From Chara braunii (Eukaryota > Plantae > Charophyceae), in contig BFEA01000036.1 of the NCBI GenBank assembly GCA_003427395.1, positions 4,325,464 to 4,384,861 on the forward strand: DNA of 59,398 nucleotides, in the 5' to 3' direction. Below, in pieces: positions 23,927 to 35,200 of this stretch (position 1 is its first letter; every line of letters starts with the position of its first letter). The notes beneath the pieces are model-generated. The model was not told the origin of the DNA and made no database searches. It saw nothing but the letters and a program-made list of their open reading frames with translations. Position numbers and translations under genes: made by a program.

Positions 23927-24889
23927 AATGTCGTGTCTTTGCGTTAGCGGCGGCCCGCCCTGCCCCCGCGACGGCCCCACCCTACTCCATGAGCACCACC
24001 GATTAGGGCAGGGGCCAACACGCATCCCCTCAATTGCGAGAGGTAGCGATGTTTGCAGGCATCCCCTGTATAGGCTTAGGAGTGGGGTAGGTAGGGTCGT
24101 GAGAGGAGAATATAGCTTCGGGTTTTTTTTTTTAATGGGCCTAGATTGGTCTAAATTGGTCTATTCTTGCGGTTTCCTTCATATTCAATACGAGCTTAAT
24201 TTGGTGAACATATTATTATTAAATAATTATTCAAAATTGCTTTGAATTAAATAGCTTTTTCTAATCAATTAAATTCTTGTATTTTAATCCGGTGAATGTA
24301 TTCCCCATTCCTATGAAAGTATTTAATCATTCCGGCGAATACATTCATTCCCCAAACAATTTAAAAAAAAAAAAAAAATCCAAATAATTAAAAAAAAAAA
24401 AAAAACAATTCCGGTGAATATGTTCGGCCTTTGGTTAGTACGGCACATGTATACAATGGCGCGCAGTGAGGTTTGATCCTTAAGAAAAGCGAGCCAAAAA
24501 CATTATCTTGAGACGCCTGAGGATGAACCTGGCCTAGGATTCAGACCACGTCCGGACGAACTTCGCACTCAAAATAGCACGACCCAATAGCGTCAGCCTG
24601 AGACAACTGAGCATGAACCTGGACTGTACATCAGATCAGATTCGTGCTAATTTAGCACGTGAAACAACAGATTGCAAAGAGGAAAAGGCAATGAAGAGGG
24701 CCCCCATAGTTAAGCCTGACCTTCAAGATTCAGGCGCATTCTGTGCTAATCTTAGAATGAACCTGCCCCACATCTCCGGACAGTTTCATGCTAGATCAGC
24801 AAGCATTGCCAATCAACAGAATGCATCAGAGTGGCCAGAACACCCTCCCCTCCTAGAGCCAGGCCCAACTGCTTTCTTTTTCTTCACCT

Positions 24890-25660
24890 GCCGTCTTCAC
24901 TTGAACAGAATGCCCAGTCATTCAGCTGTATGTAGACCCACAGTTGCCCCAAATACAGCTACAATGAACGGGCGTTCTCCTGGGGTTAAGAGGGTATAGT
25001 CTTCTCGGCACTAACCTGCCTGCCCGGTCATTAAGCTGTATGTAGACTGAAAGTTGCCCCAAATACAGCTGCAATGACCGGGCGTTCCAGTTGGGTTAAG
25101 AGGGTAGACTTCTTGCTTGGCACTGATCTGCCTGACGGATCATTAAGCTGCATGTAGACTGAAAGTTGCCCCAAAGACAGCTACAATGACTGCGCATTCT
25201 ACTGGGGGTTAAGAGGGTAGTGTTCTTGGCATTAACCTGCCCTAGGTTTCGGAAGAGGTTCATGCAAAATTAGCAGGCAGGACCATGCACCAAAGAAGCC
25301 AGGACAAACTCTTGAGAAAAAACGGCGTCATTTATGATGTCAACCCGGTCAGAATGCACCTGGGCCTCTGCACATCCACTTGCAGATAATGCACTTGGGG
25401 CATCTGCATACCCAAGTGCATTCTGACCCAGTTAGCTGCAGATAATGCACTTGGGGCATCTGCATACCCAAGTGCATTCTGACCGAGTTAGCAAACTTAG
25501 CCCCACCCGTCTGAATATCTGTCCCCAACGTCCAGGAGCAAGAACCAGACGCATGAACCTTAGCCCCACCCGTCTGAATATCTTTCCCCGATCTTAGCCC
25601 ACCCAGCTAAGTTTTGAATTTACCAACCTTAGGCCCACCCGTCTGCACATGCAGACTCAT
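24890..25660. repeat. Composite tandem repeats (about 110 bp x3; 56-bp hairpin unit x2-3; CTTAGCCCCACCCGTCTG x4)
   Basis: Repeated units directly visible; starts with a CCGTCTTCAC TIR-like end. Confidence 0.75.
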
Positions 25661-25734
25661 GAACCTGTCAAACTTGTCAGAACAGGTTCATGCCAAACTA
25701 GAGGAGGGGGGAGGGGGGAGGGAGGAGGGGAGGG

Positions 25735-26157
25735 GATTGATTGATTGATTGACTGATTGATTCATTCAATATTGATTGATTGATTGACTGATTGATTCAT
25801 TCATTGATTGGTTAGTTGACTGACTGGTTGACTGATTGAGTGAGCGAGTGAGTGAGTGAGTGAGTGAACAAGTGATTGATTAATTGATTGATTGGTTGAT
25901 TGGTTGATTGGTTGATTGGTTTGTTGATGCGCTTGTTGATTGGTTCGTTAACTGACTGATTGAGTGAGTGAATGAGTGATTGGTTGACTACTTACTGATT
26001 GAATGATTGATTGTTTGGTCGAGTACTTACTGATTGAATGATTTATTTACTGACCGATTGATCAGTTGATTGATCAATTCGTTAGTTGATTCATTGATTG
26101 ATTATTGATTGACTGACTGATTGGTTGGTTGACAGGTTGATTGATTGATTGATTGAT

Positions 26158-26188
<31 letters not shown>

Positions 26189-26190
26189 CA
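25735..26190. repeat. Degenerate (TTGA)n/(GTGA)n microsatellite
   Basis: Direct. Confidence 0.9.
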
Positions 26191-27722
26191 AAGTAAATGA
26201 CAGATGGATTGGCTAATGAACTAACCCACCGCTCTTTTTTTTTGTTGACGAATCGACATACGAAAGATTGATTCGAAGGTAGACCCAGCACAAAGATCGA
26301 GGCCATATTCAAACTAACACTTCCAAAAATGCTTCTGCCCGTAATTACCGCCAGATTCAGTCAAGAGGATTGAGTGCGCGAGTACATCCCCCTGATTTGA
26401 ATCCCCTCAGATTGACAGATTAATTCACCGATTTATTCGCTGCTTTTTACTCAAAAAGTGACAAAAACAATAAAAAATAGCTGAGATCTCAAAAACATGA
26501 CCGAAAACGCGGGTATATTCCGGACTTTTGCCATTCCATCTGGCCATAAAGACGGTCAGATACATTCCGCAAAGTTACAGTGCGAGTACGCACTAAAACT
26601 ATGAACTGCCGCAGCGAATTAATAACCGACCGTCAGGCTTGATCCCCATGCCAGATGAATTTCTCTCTCTCAATTGATCTCCATTTCTTTTTTCTTATTT
26701 TCCTAATTCCATTTTTTTGTGTGGTTACAATTCATTCCTGCACGGATCTTTTATCCCTTTGATCTTTTCGAACATCCATTCTTTCATTTTTACCTTTTTT
26801 TTCTTTTTTTTTCTTTTTTTTTTTCTTTTTTTTCATTTTTTCGGATTTTTCATTTTTCCTTTTTTTTTTTTTNNNNNNNNNNNNNNNNNNNNNNNNNNNN
26901 NNNNNNNNNNNNNNNNNNNNNNNNNNNNNNNNNNNNNNNNNNNNNNNNNNNNNNNNNNNNNNNNNNNNNNNNNNNNNNNNNNNNNNNNNNNNNNNNNNNN
27001 NNNNNNNNNNNNNNNNNNNNNNNNNNNNNNNNNNNNNNNNNNNNNNNNNNNNNNNNNNNNNNNNNNNNNNNNNNNNNNNNNNNNNNNNNNNNNNNNNNNN
27101 NNNNNNNNNNNNNNNNNNNNNNNNNNNNNNNNNNNNNNNNNNNNNNNNNNNNNNNNNNNNNNNNNNNNNNNNNNNNNNNNNNNNNNNNNNNNNNNNNNNN
27201 NNNNNNNNNNNNNNNNNNNNNNNNNNNNNNNNNNNNNNNNNNNNNNNNNNNNNNNNNNNNNNNNNNNNNNNNNNNNNNNNNNNNNNNNNNNNNNNNNNNN
27301 NNNNNNNNNNNNNNNNNNNNNNNNNNNNNNNNNNNNNNNNNNNNNNNNNNNNNNNNNNNNNNNNNNNNNNNNNNNNNNNNNNNNNNNNNNNNNNNNNNNN
27401 NNNNNNNNNNNNNNNNNNNNNNNNNNNNNNNNNNNNNNNNNNNNNNNNNNNNNNNNNNNNNNNNNNNNNNNNNNNNNNNNNNNNNNNNNNNNNNNNNNNN
27501 NNNNNNNNNNNNNNNNNNNNNNNNNNNNNNNNNNNNNNNNNNNNNNNNNNNNNNNNNNNNNNNNNNNNNNNNNNNNNNNNNNNNNNNNNNNNNNNNNNNN
27601 NNNNNNNNNNNNNNNNNNNNNNNNNNNNNNNNNNNNNNNNNNNNNNNNNNNNNNNNNNNNNNNNNNNNNNNNNNNNNNNNNNNNNNNNNNNNNNNNNNNN
27701 NNNNNNNNNNNNNNNNNNNNNN

Positions 27723-27816
<94 letters not shown>

Positions 27817-27828
27817 GCACACACACAC
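27723..27828. repeat. (TC)n(AC)n compound microsatellite
   Basis: Direct; a similar one lies at 29657-29771 on the other side of exon 1. Confidence 0.95.
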
Positions 27829-27867
27829 GAGCGCGGGTTGAGGGTCCAATTGCGTTCAAGCTCTCAC

Positions 27868-29630
27868 CCGCTCAGCTGGAAACGACGAAGCACTTCAGTG
27901 ACCTGCTGCTTCTCTTCTTTCGACAAGGTCACTCTCAGGGACGGATTCGCATCCCTCCGTTTAATGGCTGCATACACAGTCGCCGGATCCGGTAGCTCCC
28001 CAGACTCCCAGTACTTCATTCCAGTGATTCCAATGTCATCGTCCTCCTGCCCGCCTCCTTCTTCCTCTTCTTTCGGTTCCCACCGTGCATCCCTCTCTTT
28101 ACTCATCCTCCATTCCTCCTTCCCTACTCCCTCTTCCTCCTCCTCCTCTTCCTCCCCTTCGCCCCTGGAATTGGCCACGTCATCGACCGCCTCGTCGTTG
28201 CCCTGCTGGCAACACTCCCGATCCCGATCTGCGATTGCTCGATCGTTATCAACTTGCGCCGCCACGTCAGCATCAAGCCAATCTGCCACGTCAGCAGCAT
28301 CCATGCCCGTACTGAAAGCAATCCTCCCCCTCTCCCACTCTTCTCCATCCTCCTCGTCCAGATTCCCCATCGCTATGGACGCCGTCTGCCGTGGAACGAG
28401 CTTCTCACTCAGACACGTGGCGGCGCCAGCGTTAACCCCTTCCCCTTCCCCTTCCGCTTCCGCTTCCGCTTTCGATTGATTACCACCTTTCTTCTTCTTC
28501 TTCTTCCTCGTCGTCGTCGTCGTTGCCGCCGTTGCTACCTTCACTACCTTGACCCCCTTCGGGCCGTCGGTGATTCGATCTGATGATGAGCCCTGCTCCT
28601 CGAGTTCTTGAGGAGGGGAGGCGACCACGTCAACAGCTGCTTGCTCGGACAACAGTGCCGGCTGCTGCTTTCTCGGTCTGCCACGTGGCCTCTTCGGCTT
28701 CGCAGGCGCAGGGGCGATCCCATTTCCCATGGCGGCGGCATTGGCCACGTGGACTTTCTTCGCTTCTTCCATCACTTCTCCATCTATCGCCACGTCGGCC
28801 GCGGATCTCGAGGACGACGGCGATGGCTCTGCCACGTCAGCAACAGATATAGATAGCGCCGCCGCCTTCTTCCTCGTTCTCTTTCTCGTGTTAGCTTGCC
28901 GACTACTGGTTGCCACGTCAGCAGCAGAGGAGGAGGAGAGCGCGCCGCGACCTCCACGTGGATCGTCGACGATGGCACGTGACTGGACGACAGTGCTGGC
29001 AGACGAACCTTCTTGTCCAACTGCCCCTCCTGCTGCCACGTCATCGGCCTCCTGTTGACGGACACGTGGACCTGATGCAGAGCCCGATATACGTCTTAGT
29101 AACGCAGGTAAGGCCACGTCAACAGATCGAATCCAAGACAGATCGACGTCCTGGAGCAGCCGTACATCTGTTGACGTCCACAGTGATCTGCGGTTGCAGA
29201 CTGCCGAGATCAAGGAAGAAGAAGAAGAAGAGGATGGATCGCGACCGTCCGATGAGGCGGGGTAGATCCGACGCCTTGGAAGTGGCGTGAGAGCGGAACA
29301 GGAAGAGGAAGAGGAAGAAGAGGAGGAAGAAGAGGAGGAAGAGGAGGAGGAGGAGGAGGATTGGCGAGAAGGTTGGCAAGAGGAGTTGTAAGAGGGATGG
29401 GTGTTGCCACGTGGAAGAAGAGGACGGGAATGGCAGAGACGACCGAAGATCCGGGATGTTAAAAAGGATTGAAATTGATCGTACAAGCGACCCTCTCGTA
29501 CGGATGAGGACCAGATCGATGAGGACAATGAGGAGGAAGAAGGCGATTTGTTACTCACAGAATTATTTCGCTCTCGAGTCGCTCGCCGCACAATCGTTCG
29601 CAACATCGCTGTCGACTGACGTGGCGCCAT
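27868..29630 (-). CDS. SUV3: SUV3 exon 1: mitochondrial-type presequence, long low-complexity extension, start of conserved domain (DPATVY...VLRRFQLSG)
   Basis: Open 587 codons from ATG; R/S-rich acid-poor N-terminus; GG|gtgaga donor at 27867 joins exon 2 in phase to give SGW as in plant SUV3. Confidence 0.85.
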
Positions 29631-29657
29631 GATTGCCTAGCCGATTATTACTCCCCT

Positions 29658-29774
<117 letters not shown>

Positions 29775-31206
29775 GGAAGGAAAGAGCAGAGCTACGTCTT
29801 CCTTTCCTTTCCTTTCCTTTCCTTTCCTAAGCCGCCAGCTTACTCAATTCAAGGTCGGGCGAGCTATTCGCAGTCCGTCCACAACCAACGTCCATGTCCA
29901 TCGTCATCACTGTCAGAATCGCCATCTCTGGCGACGAAGATGTGCACGCTTGTCGCCCATCAGCATTCTCGATAGTAAACCTCCGATTCCGCAGGAATAG
30001 AGGCCAAGTTATCGTCATCATTCCTAACTTTAGAGCTAATTAGTGTGTTAACCTCCCGGGTCATCCTTTCACTCCGCAGTTTATTATCAAAATCGATCAT
30101 GTACAACTGTCAGCAGTGTTTCAGTGAGACAATGTCGGGTCGGGACGACACCAGCAGCACACGGCATCGGGTAGCACCGAAGTTAACCGGCCACTGCGAT
30201 CATGCGATCAGACCGGTGGTCACCAGACGGTGCGACGAACCTGGTCACCTACCGCCATAGACAAGTGGACCAGAAGAGGTAATCATCATCATTACCGTAC
30301 CGCTTGATTGTTTTTTGTTTTTTACACCTATACACCTATAATAAATGTCGTTATCGTTGGGTGCAGACCATAGAAGCCCATTATTTAGTAATCGATTACG
30401 TGGAAAATGCTCTTCTCATCAGAAGAAAACCGCGGGTTAGTGGGCCTCGCCGCACTACTCACCAAATGCACAAACGACAAAAACGATGGCGGTGCATCCT
30501 TCCATGTTCTGGCAGAAGATTCGTTCTCATTTTGTATACCTTTGGTGAGTAGTGCGGCGAGGTCCAGTATCCATAGTCGTCATCAGAAGAGCAATGTCAT
30601 CGAGCCACGGCGGCAGCTGCATAGCATGACCGCCAAACACATGACCGAAACTCGGAAATTTTGAAGAAGAAAAAAAAAAAAAGAGTAGAGCACCTATGCC
30701 CCCTTTTCCGTTATCACGGTGGCGGTCTTTGGTTATGAAAGCCCAGCCGGCGGAGTAAGGGCCAGATCCCGCTAGCCCCTATTATTCATTTCTGACCGTT
30801 GATCTTCGTAATCGAGGGTCAAAAATGAATAATCCAGGGTAGTGGGATCTGATCCGAGCTCAGGTTTGGCCTTGGGAGAAGGGCCCGCTTAGGTCCAGGC
30901 ACGGTAATAAGGGCGTGCTTCCAGGGGCCAGGTCCCATTAGCAAGAAGGGGTGGACGAAGCACCTGAATCTGGTCACCGTTTTGCACAGATGCAAATAAA
31001 CAGATCAATGGCTTTTGTGGATCTCTCCACGATCGCGACCAGATTCAGGCGTCGAATTCAAGCCGTTTTGTTTAGTGGGATGTTTCCCCAACCTGTTGGG
31101 CGACCCAGTGGGATGCGCCGCCGGTTCAACGGCCAGGTTTGGGATTCGGATTTACGTCCATTCTTTGAGAGTGGTGCTTAACCGGCGATTCCGTTAGGGT
31201 CAGATC

Positions 31207-31244
31207 CCGTCTCTTATACACATCTAGATGTGTATAAGAGACAG
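31207..31244. other. Nextera mate-pair junction adapter (assembly artefact)
   Basis: Back-to-back Tn5 mosaic ends CTGTCTCTTATACACATCT-AGATGTGTATAAGAGACAG (1 mismatch). Confidence 0.97.
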
Positions 31245-31351
31245 TTGCATATCTGGGCATGTAACAGGAACTGTCATCAGAACTTTGAGCAGAACTATCA
31301 TCCGAAGTGTCATCAAACCTTTCATCAAGATTGTGGAAACAAAGACTTGTA
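31245..31351 (+). other. Chimeric copy of 19405-19511 (mate read)
   Basis: Identical bar 1 nt to the LTR end, TSD and unique flank; begins at the adapter. Confidence 0.93.
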
Positions 31352-32221
31352 NNNNNNNNNNNNNNNNNNNNNNNNNNNNNNNNNNNNNNNNNNNNNNNNN
31401 NNNNNNNNNNNNNNNNNNNNNNNNNNNNNNNNNNNNNNNNNNNNNNNNNNNNNNNNNNNNNNNNNNNNNNNNNNNNNNNNNNNNNNNNNNNNNNNNNNNN
31501 NNNNNNNNNNNNNNNNNNNNNNNNNNNNNNNNNNNNNNNNNNNNNNNNNNNNNNNNNNNNNNNNNNNNNNNNNNNNNNNNNNNNNNNNNNNNNNNNNNNN
31601 NNNNNNNNNNNNNNNNNNNNNNNNNNNNNNNNNNNNNNNNNNNNNNNNNNNNNNNNNNNNNNNNNNNNNNNNNNNNNNNNNNNNNNNNNNNNNNNNNNNN
31701 NNNNNNNNNNNNNNNNNNNNNNNNNNNNNNNNNNNNNNNNNNNNNNNNNNNNNNNNNNNNNNNNNNNNNNNNNNNNNNNNNNNNNNNNNNNNNNNNNNNN
31801 NNNNNNNNNNNNNNNNNNNNNNNNNNNNNNNNNNNNNNNNNNNNNNNNNNNNNNNNNNNNNNNNNNNNNNNNNNNNNNNNNNNNNNNNNNNNNNNNNNNN
31901 NNNNNNNNNNNNNNNNNNNNNNNNNNNNNNNNNNNNNNNNNNNNNNNNNNNNNNNNNNNNNNNNNNNNNNNNNNNNNNNNNNNNNNNNNNNNNNNNNNNN
32001 NNNNNNNNNNNNNNNNNNNNNNNNNNNNNNNNNNNNNNNNNNNNNNNNNNNNNNNNNNNNNNNNNNNNNNNNNNNNNNNNNNNNNNNNNNNNNNNNNNNN
32101 NNNNNNNNNNNNNNNNNNNNNNNNNNNNNNNNNNNNNNNNNNNNNNNNNNNNNNNNNNNNNNNNNNNNNNNNNNNNNNNNNNNNNNNNNNNNNNNNNNNN
32201 NNNNNNNNNNNNNNNNNNNNN

Positions 32222-35200
32222 TCTGAAAAAGGTCTCTTTTGAAACCGGGATCTGTTGCGATCAGCCCAGATGATCTGACATATGATGCCTCTCACCACAT
32301 GCGCTACGTAGCCCCAACCTCTGCTCCCCGACGTGTGAGCAGGGAGAAAGCCCAGCAGTACCCACTCCTCGTTCCATTCCACCGCTTGTCCTCCAAACTC
32401 TTTCCAGTGGAAGGACCACCATTGCCACACTCGTTTGGCCGCTGGGCACTCCCACCAAAGGTGCCTAGTGGACTCAAATGGCCACCTGCACCTTGTGCAT
32501 CCCAGACTAACCTCCATTCCTTTGCTTCTCAACCAAACCGCCGACGGGGTTACCATCAGGGACAGCAGCCAGAGAATGCTGACCTGTTTCCCGTTCGATA
32601 GTGAGCACAGTGCTTTCCACAGACGCTCGAACTTTGGTGCCGCATCCGATAGGTCCTCACCCCAGACAGCTTGCCAGCGAGGAATTGTTGTCTGGGCTGG
32701 CGACTTCAGATGGCCCTTTGACTGTTGATAGCTGTGTGTTGTTGTGTAGTCCAGCAGCCTTACCTCCACCCCATCTGTGTTCCTGGGTGACCAACTCCAG
32801 GCTGTCGGGTCAATACAAAGGCTTCGTAGGGGGACTCTCCCAACCCATGTTTGGGTATGATCTGCTGGGCCCGTGTGTTTTGTCTCTACCACCCTCGCTT
32901 GAGCAGGGTTGCCCCACACCCTCACTGTTTCTTCCTCTGCTCTGGACAGTATGTTGGTCATGCCTTCGCAGTGCCATTTTTCCACCTTCCTGAAACCGCT
33001 GGGGAGGATCTCCATGACCTTCCATAGAGTGTTGTTGCCTGGCTCCGAGTTTGGAACGTACCACGTGCCCGGGGGGTCCAGCCCCGCCGGGCCCAGTAAC
33101 CTCAGCCACTCTTGGGGGATTGCCTCTTTGATGCTCCTCCAATGGCCCTCCACCTGCTGCAGGCTTTTGAGTACATCTTTTATCTCAGACAATGGTTTCC
33201 AGCTTCCCAACAGTGTGGACCAGAGATCCTCAATGCGGACCACTCCTCTCCTGACCCAGGACTGCCCAAATGTACCTGCGGAACCGTCTGCTTAGAAGGT
33301 GGCTCCGCCTTGGTCCCGGATTTCCGGGTTGTCAAATAGCAGCTGGAGAAGCACTTCCTCCTTCGTGGTTGGAGGTTGCTGTGTATCTGGGGGCAACTTG
33401 TTCCAGACCCTCCTGATTGCCTCCTAGAAGCGGGATTTCACTCTCCTCTTTCTGACGGATGGCATGAACAGGCAAGCCCAGACGTCCTTGGGTCTGGCCA
33501 GCTCCCACTCCTTCGCTAGTATACGCTCCGCTAGGACCACCCAGTGTTCGCTTGGGCCCAATGTGGCCACCTTTGCTACCCACCCTCTGAGTTGTGCCTG
33601 GTTCCTGCGCGCTGGGTCCATGAGACCCAGGCCTCCTTCTTCCCATGGGAAGGATAGAGTGTCCAGAGCTACTTTTGATATGAATGATTCCTCCTGTTTG
33701 GCTCTAGGCTTCCAAATAAACCGGGCAACTAGTCTCCTGATTACCTTCAGCACTCCGACGGCCAATCCCCTGACAGTGGACACAAACCAGAGGATGGAGT
33801 ATAGGGCCACATTAGTGACCAGAGCTCTCCCCACAATTGAGAGATGCCAGGCCGAACCCCACGTTCTCAGTCTGGCCGAGATCCTTTGCTGTAGTAACAG
33901 TCCCTGCGTTGATGCATCAATTTGGAGGCTGATTAGTACTCCCAGAAATCTTGCCTCTTCTCCCTTCTTTACTCTTTTCATCCCCCATTCCACCTCTAGC
34001 CTGAAGTCTGCTGGCAACAGATAAGTGGATTTGTTCCAATTAACTGTGGCCTCAGACAGGAAAGAGTACTCTTTCAGTATGTCCCTAAGTGCTGACAGCG
34101 AGGCCTTCGTGTTCTCACTCATCACGAACAAGTCATCAGCTAACGCCTTCACTTTGCACTCTTCCCCACTGTGTAGTCGCAGTCCTTTAATAACCTGGTT
34201 TTTGCGGATCCTGTTGAGTAGCACTTCGAGCTGTAGGACGAAGACAAGCGAGGCCAACGGGCATCCTTGTCGGAGCGATCTTGTGAGGGCAACGGGGGGG
34301 GGACAGATGACCGTTGATCATCACCGCTGACGTCGAGAAAGTGTACATGGCTATGATCCAAGCGCAAAAGATCCTCCCGAATCCCATTTTTTTCTCAGCG
34401 TTGTGAGGACGAAAGCCCACCCAACTTTGTCATAGGCTTTCTCCAGGTCTAGCAAGAGGATCGCCATCTCTTGATTCTCGTTATGTACAATCTCTAACGC
34501 CTCGATTGCTGTTACGATGTTGTTGAAGATGAACCTGCCTTGCACAAACGCTCCTTGGTCTTTTCCTACCAGATTCAGAAGATGGTTCGAGAGTCGTCGC
34601 GCTAGAGATTTTGCGAGGATTTTGTACGAGATGTTCAACAACGATATAGGCCTCCAGTTTCTCACTTCAGCCTTGTCCCCCTTCTTGAATAACACTGAAA
34701 TCACGCCATGTGTCATCCCCTTTCCCAACCTGCCGCCCGTCGTCACTTCATTGTAAATCTTCACCAGCGCTTCCCCGAATGCCCCCCAATTGGCTGCATA
34801 AAACTCCACTGTGAGTCCGTCCACCCCCGGGGACTTCCCCCTTGCCATTGATTTCAAGGTCTGTGTAACCTCCTCTAACGTGAGCGGGCGGTCGAGGTCC
34901 AGCCTCGCAGTGGGACTCAGCTGGACCGTCGTGCTGTCCCACATATCAGAGGACGCTGAGAGATCTGAGTTAACATCATCTTGGGGGCATCTTGTGGAGA
35001 GCACATCCTCGTAGTACAGCCTAGCGTACTGGAGCATGTCAGCGGCTGAACACGTCGTCGGAGCGGATTCATTGAAGGGGTGCCTGAGTTCGATCATCTG
35101 TTGCTGAGACCTGCTTGGCAACAACTTTTGAAAGGTGTCCTTCGTCATCTTGTCGTGCGTTTCGATCCCTTTGTCCTGGAGCAGTTCGTTCCACCATCTT

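Noticed and set aside
23361-24480. Functional tRNA genes
   Set aside because: A/B boxes are present but there are no complete acceptor or anticodon stems; treated as tRNA-derived repeats.
24890-25660. CRISPR-like array
   Set aside because: Units are contiguous without unique spacers, the context is a eukaryotic intron and there are no cas genes.
26717-28479. Long + strand ORFs across N gaps (also 10944-11737, 18517-19602, 31228-32273)
   Set aside because: Artefacts of N runs and microsatellites, or the antisense shadow of SUV3 exon 1.
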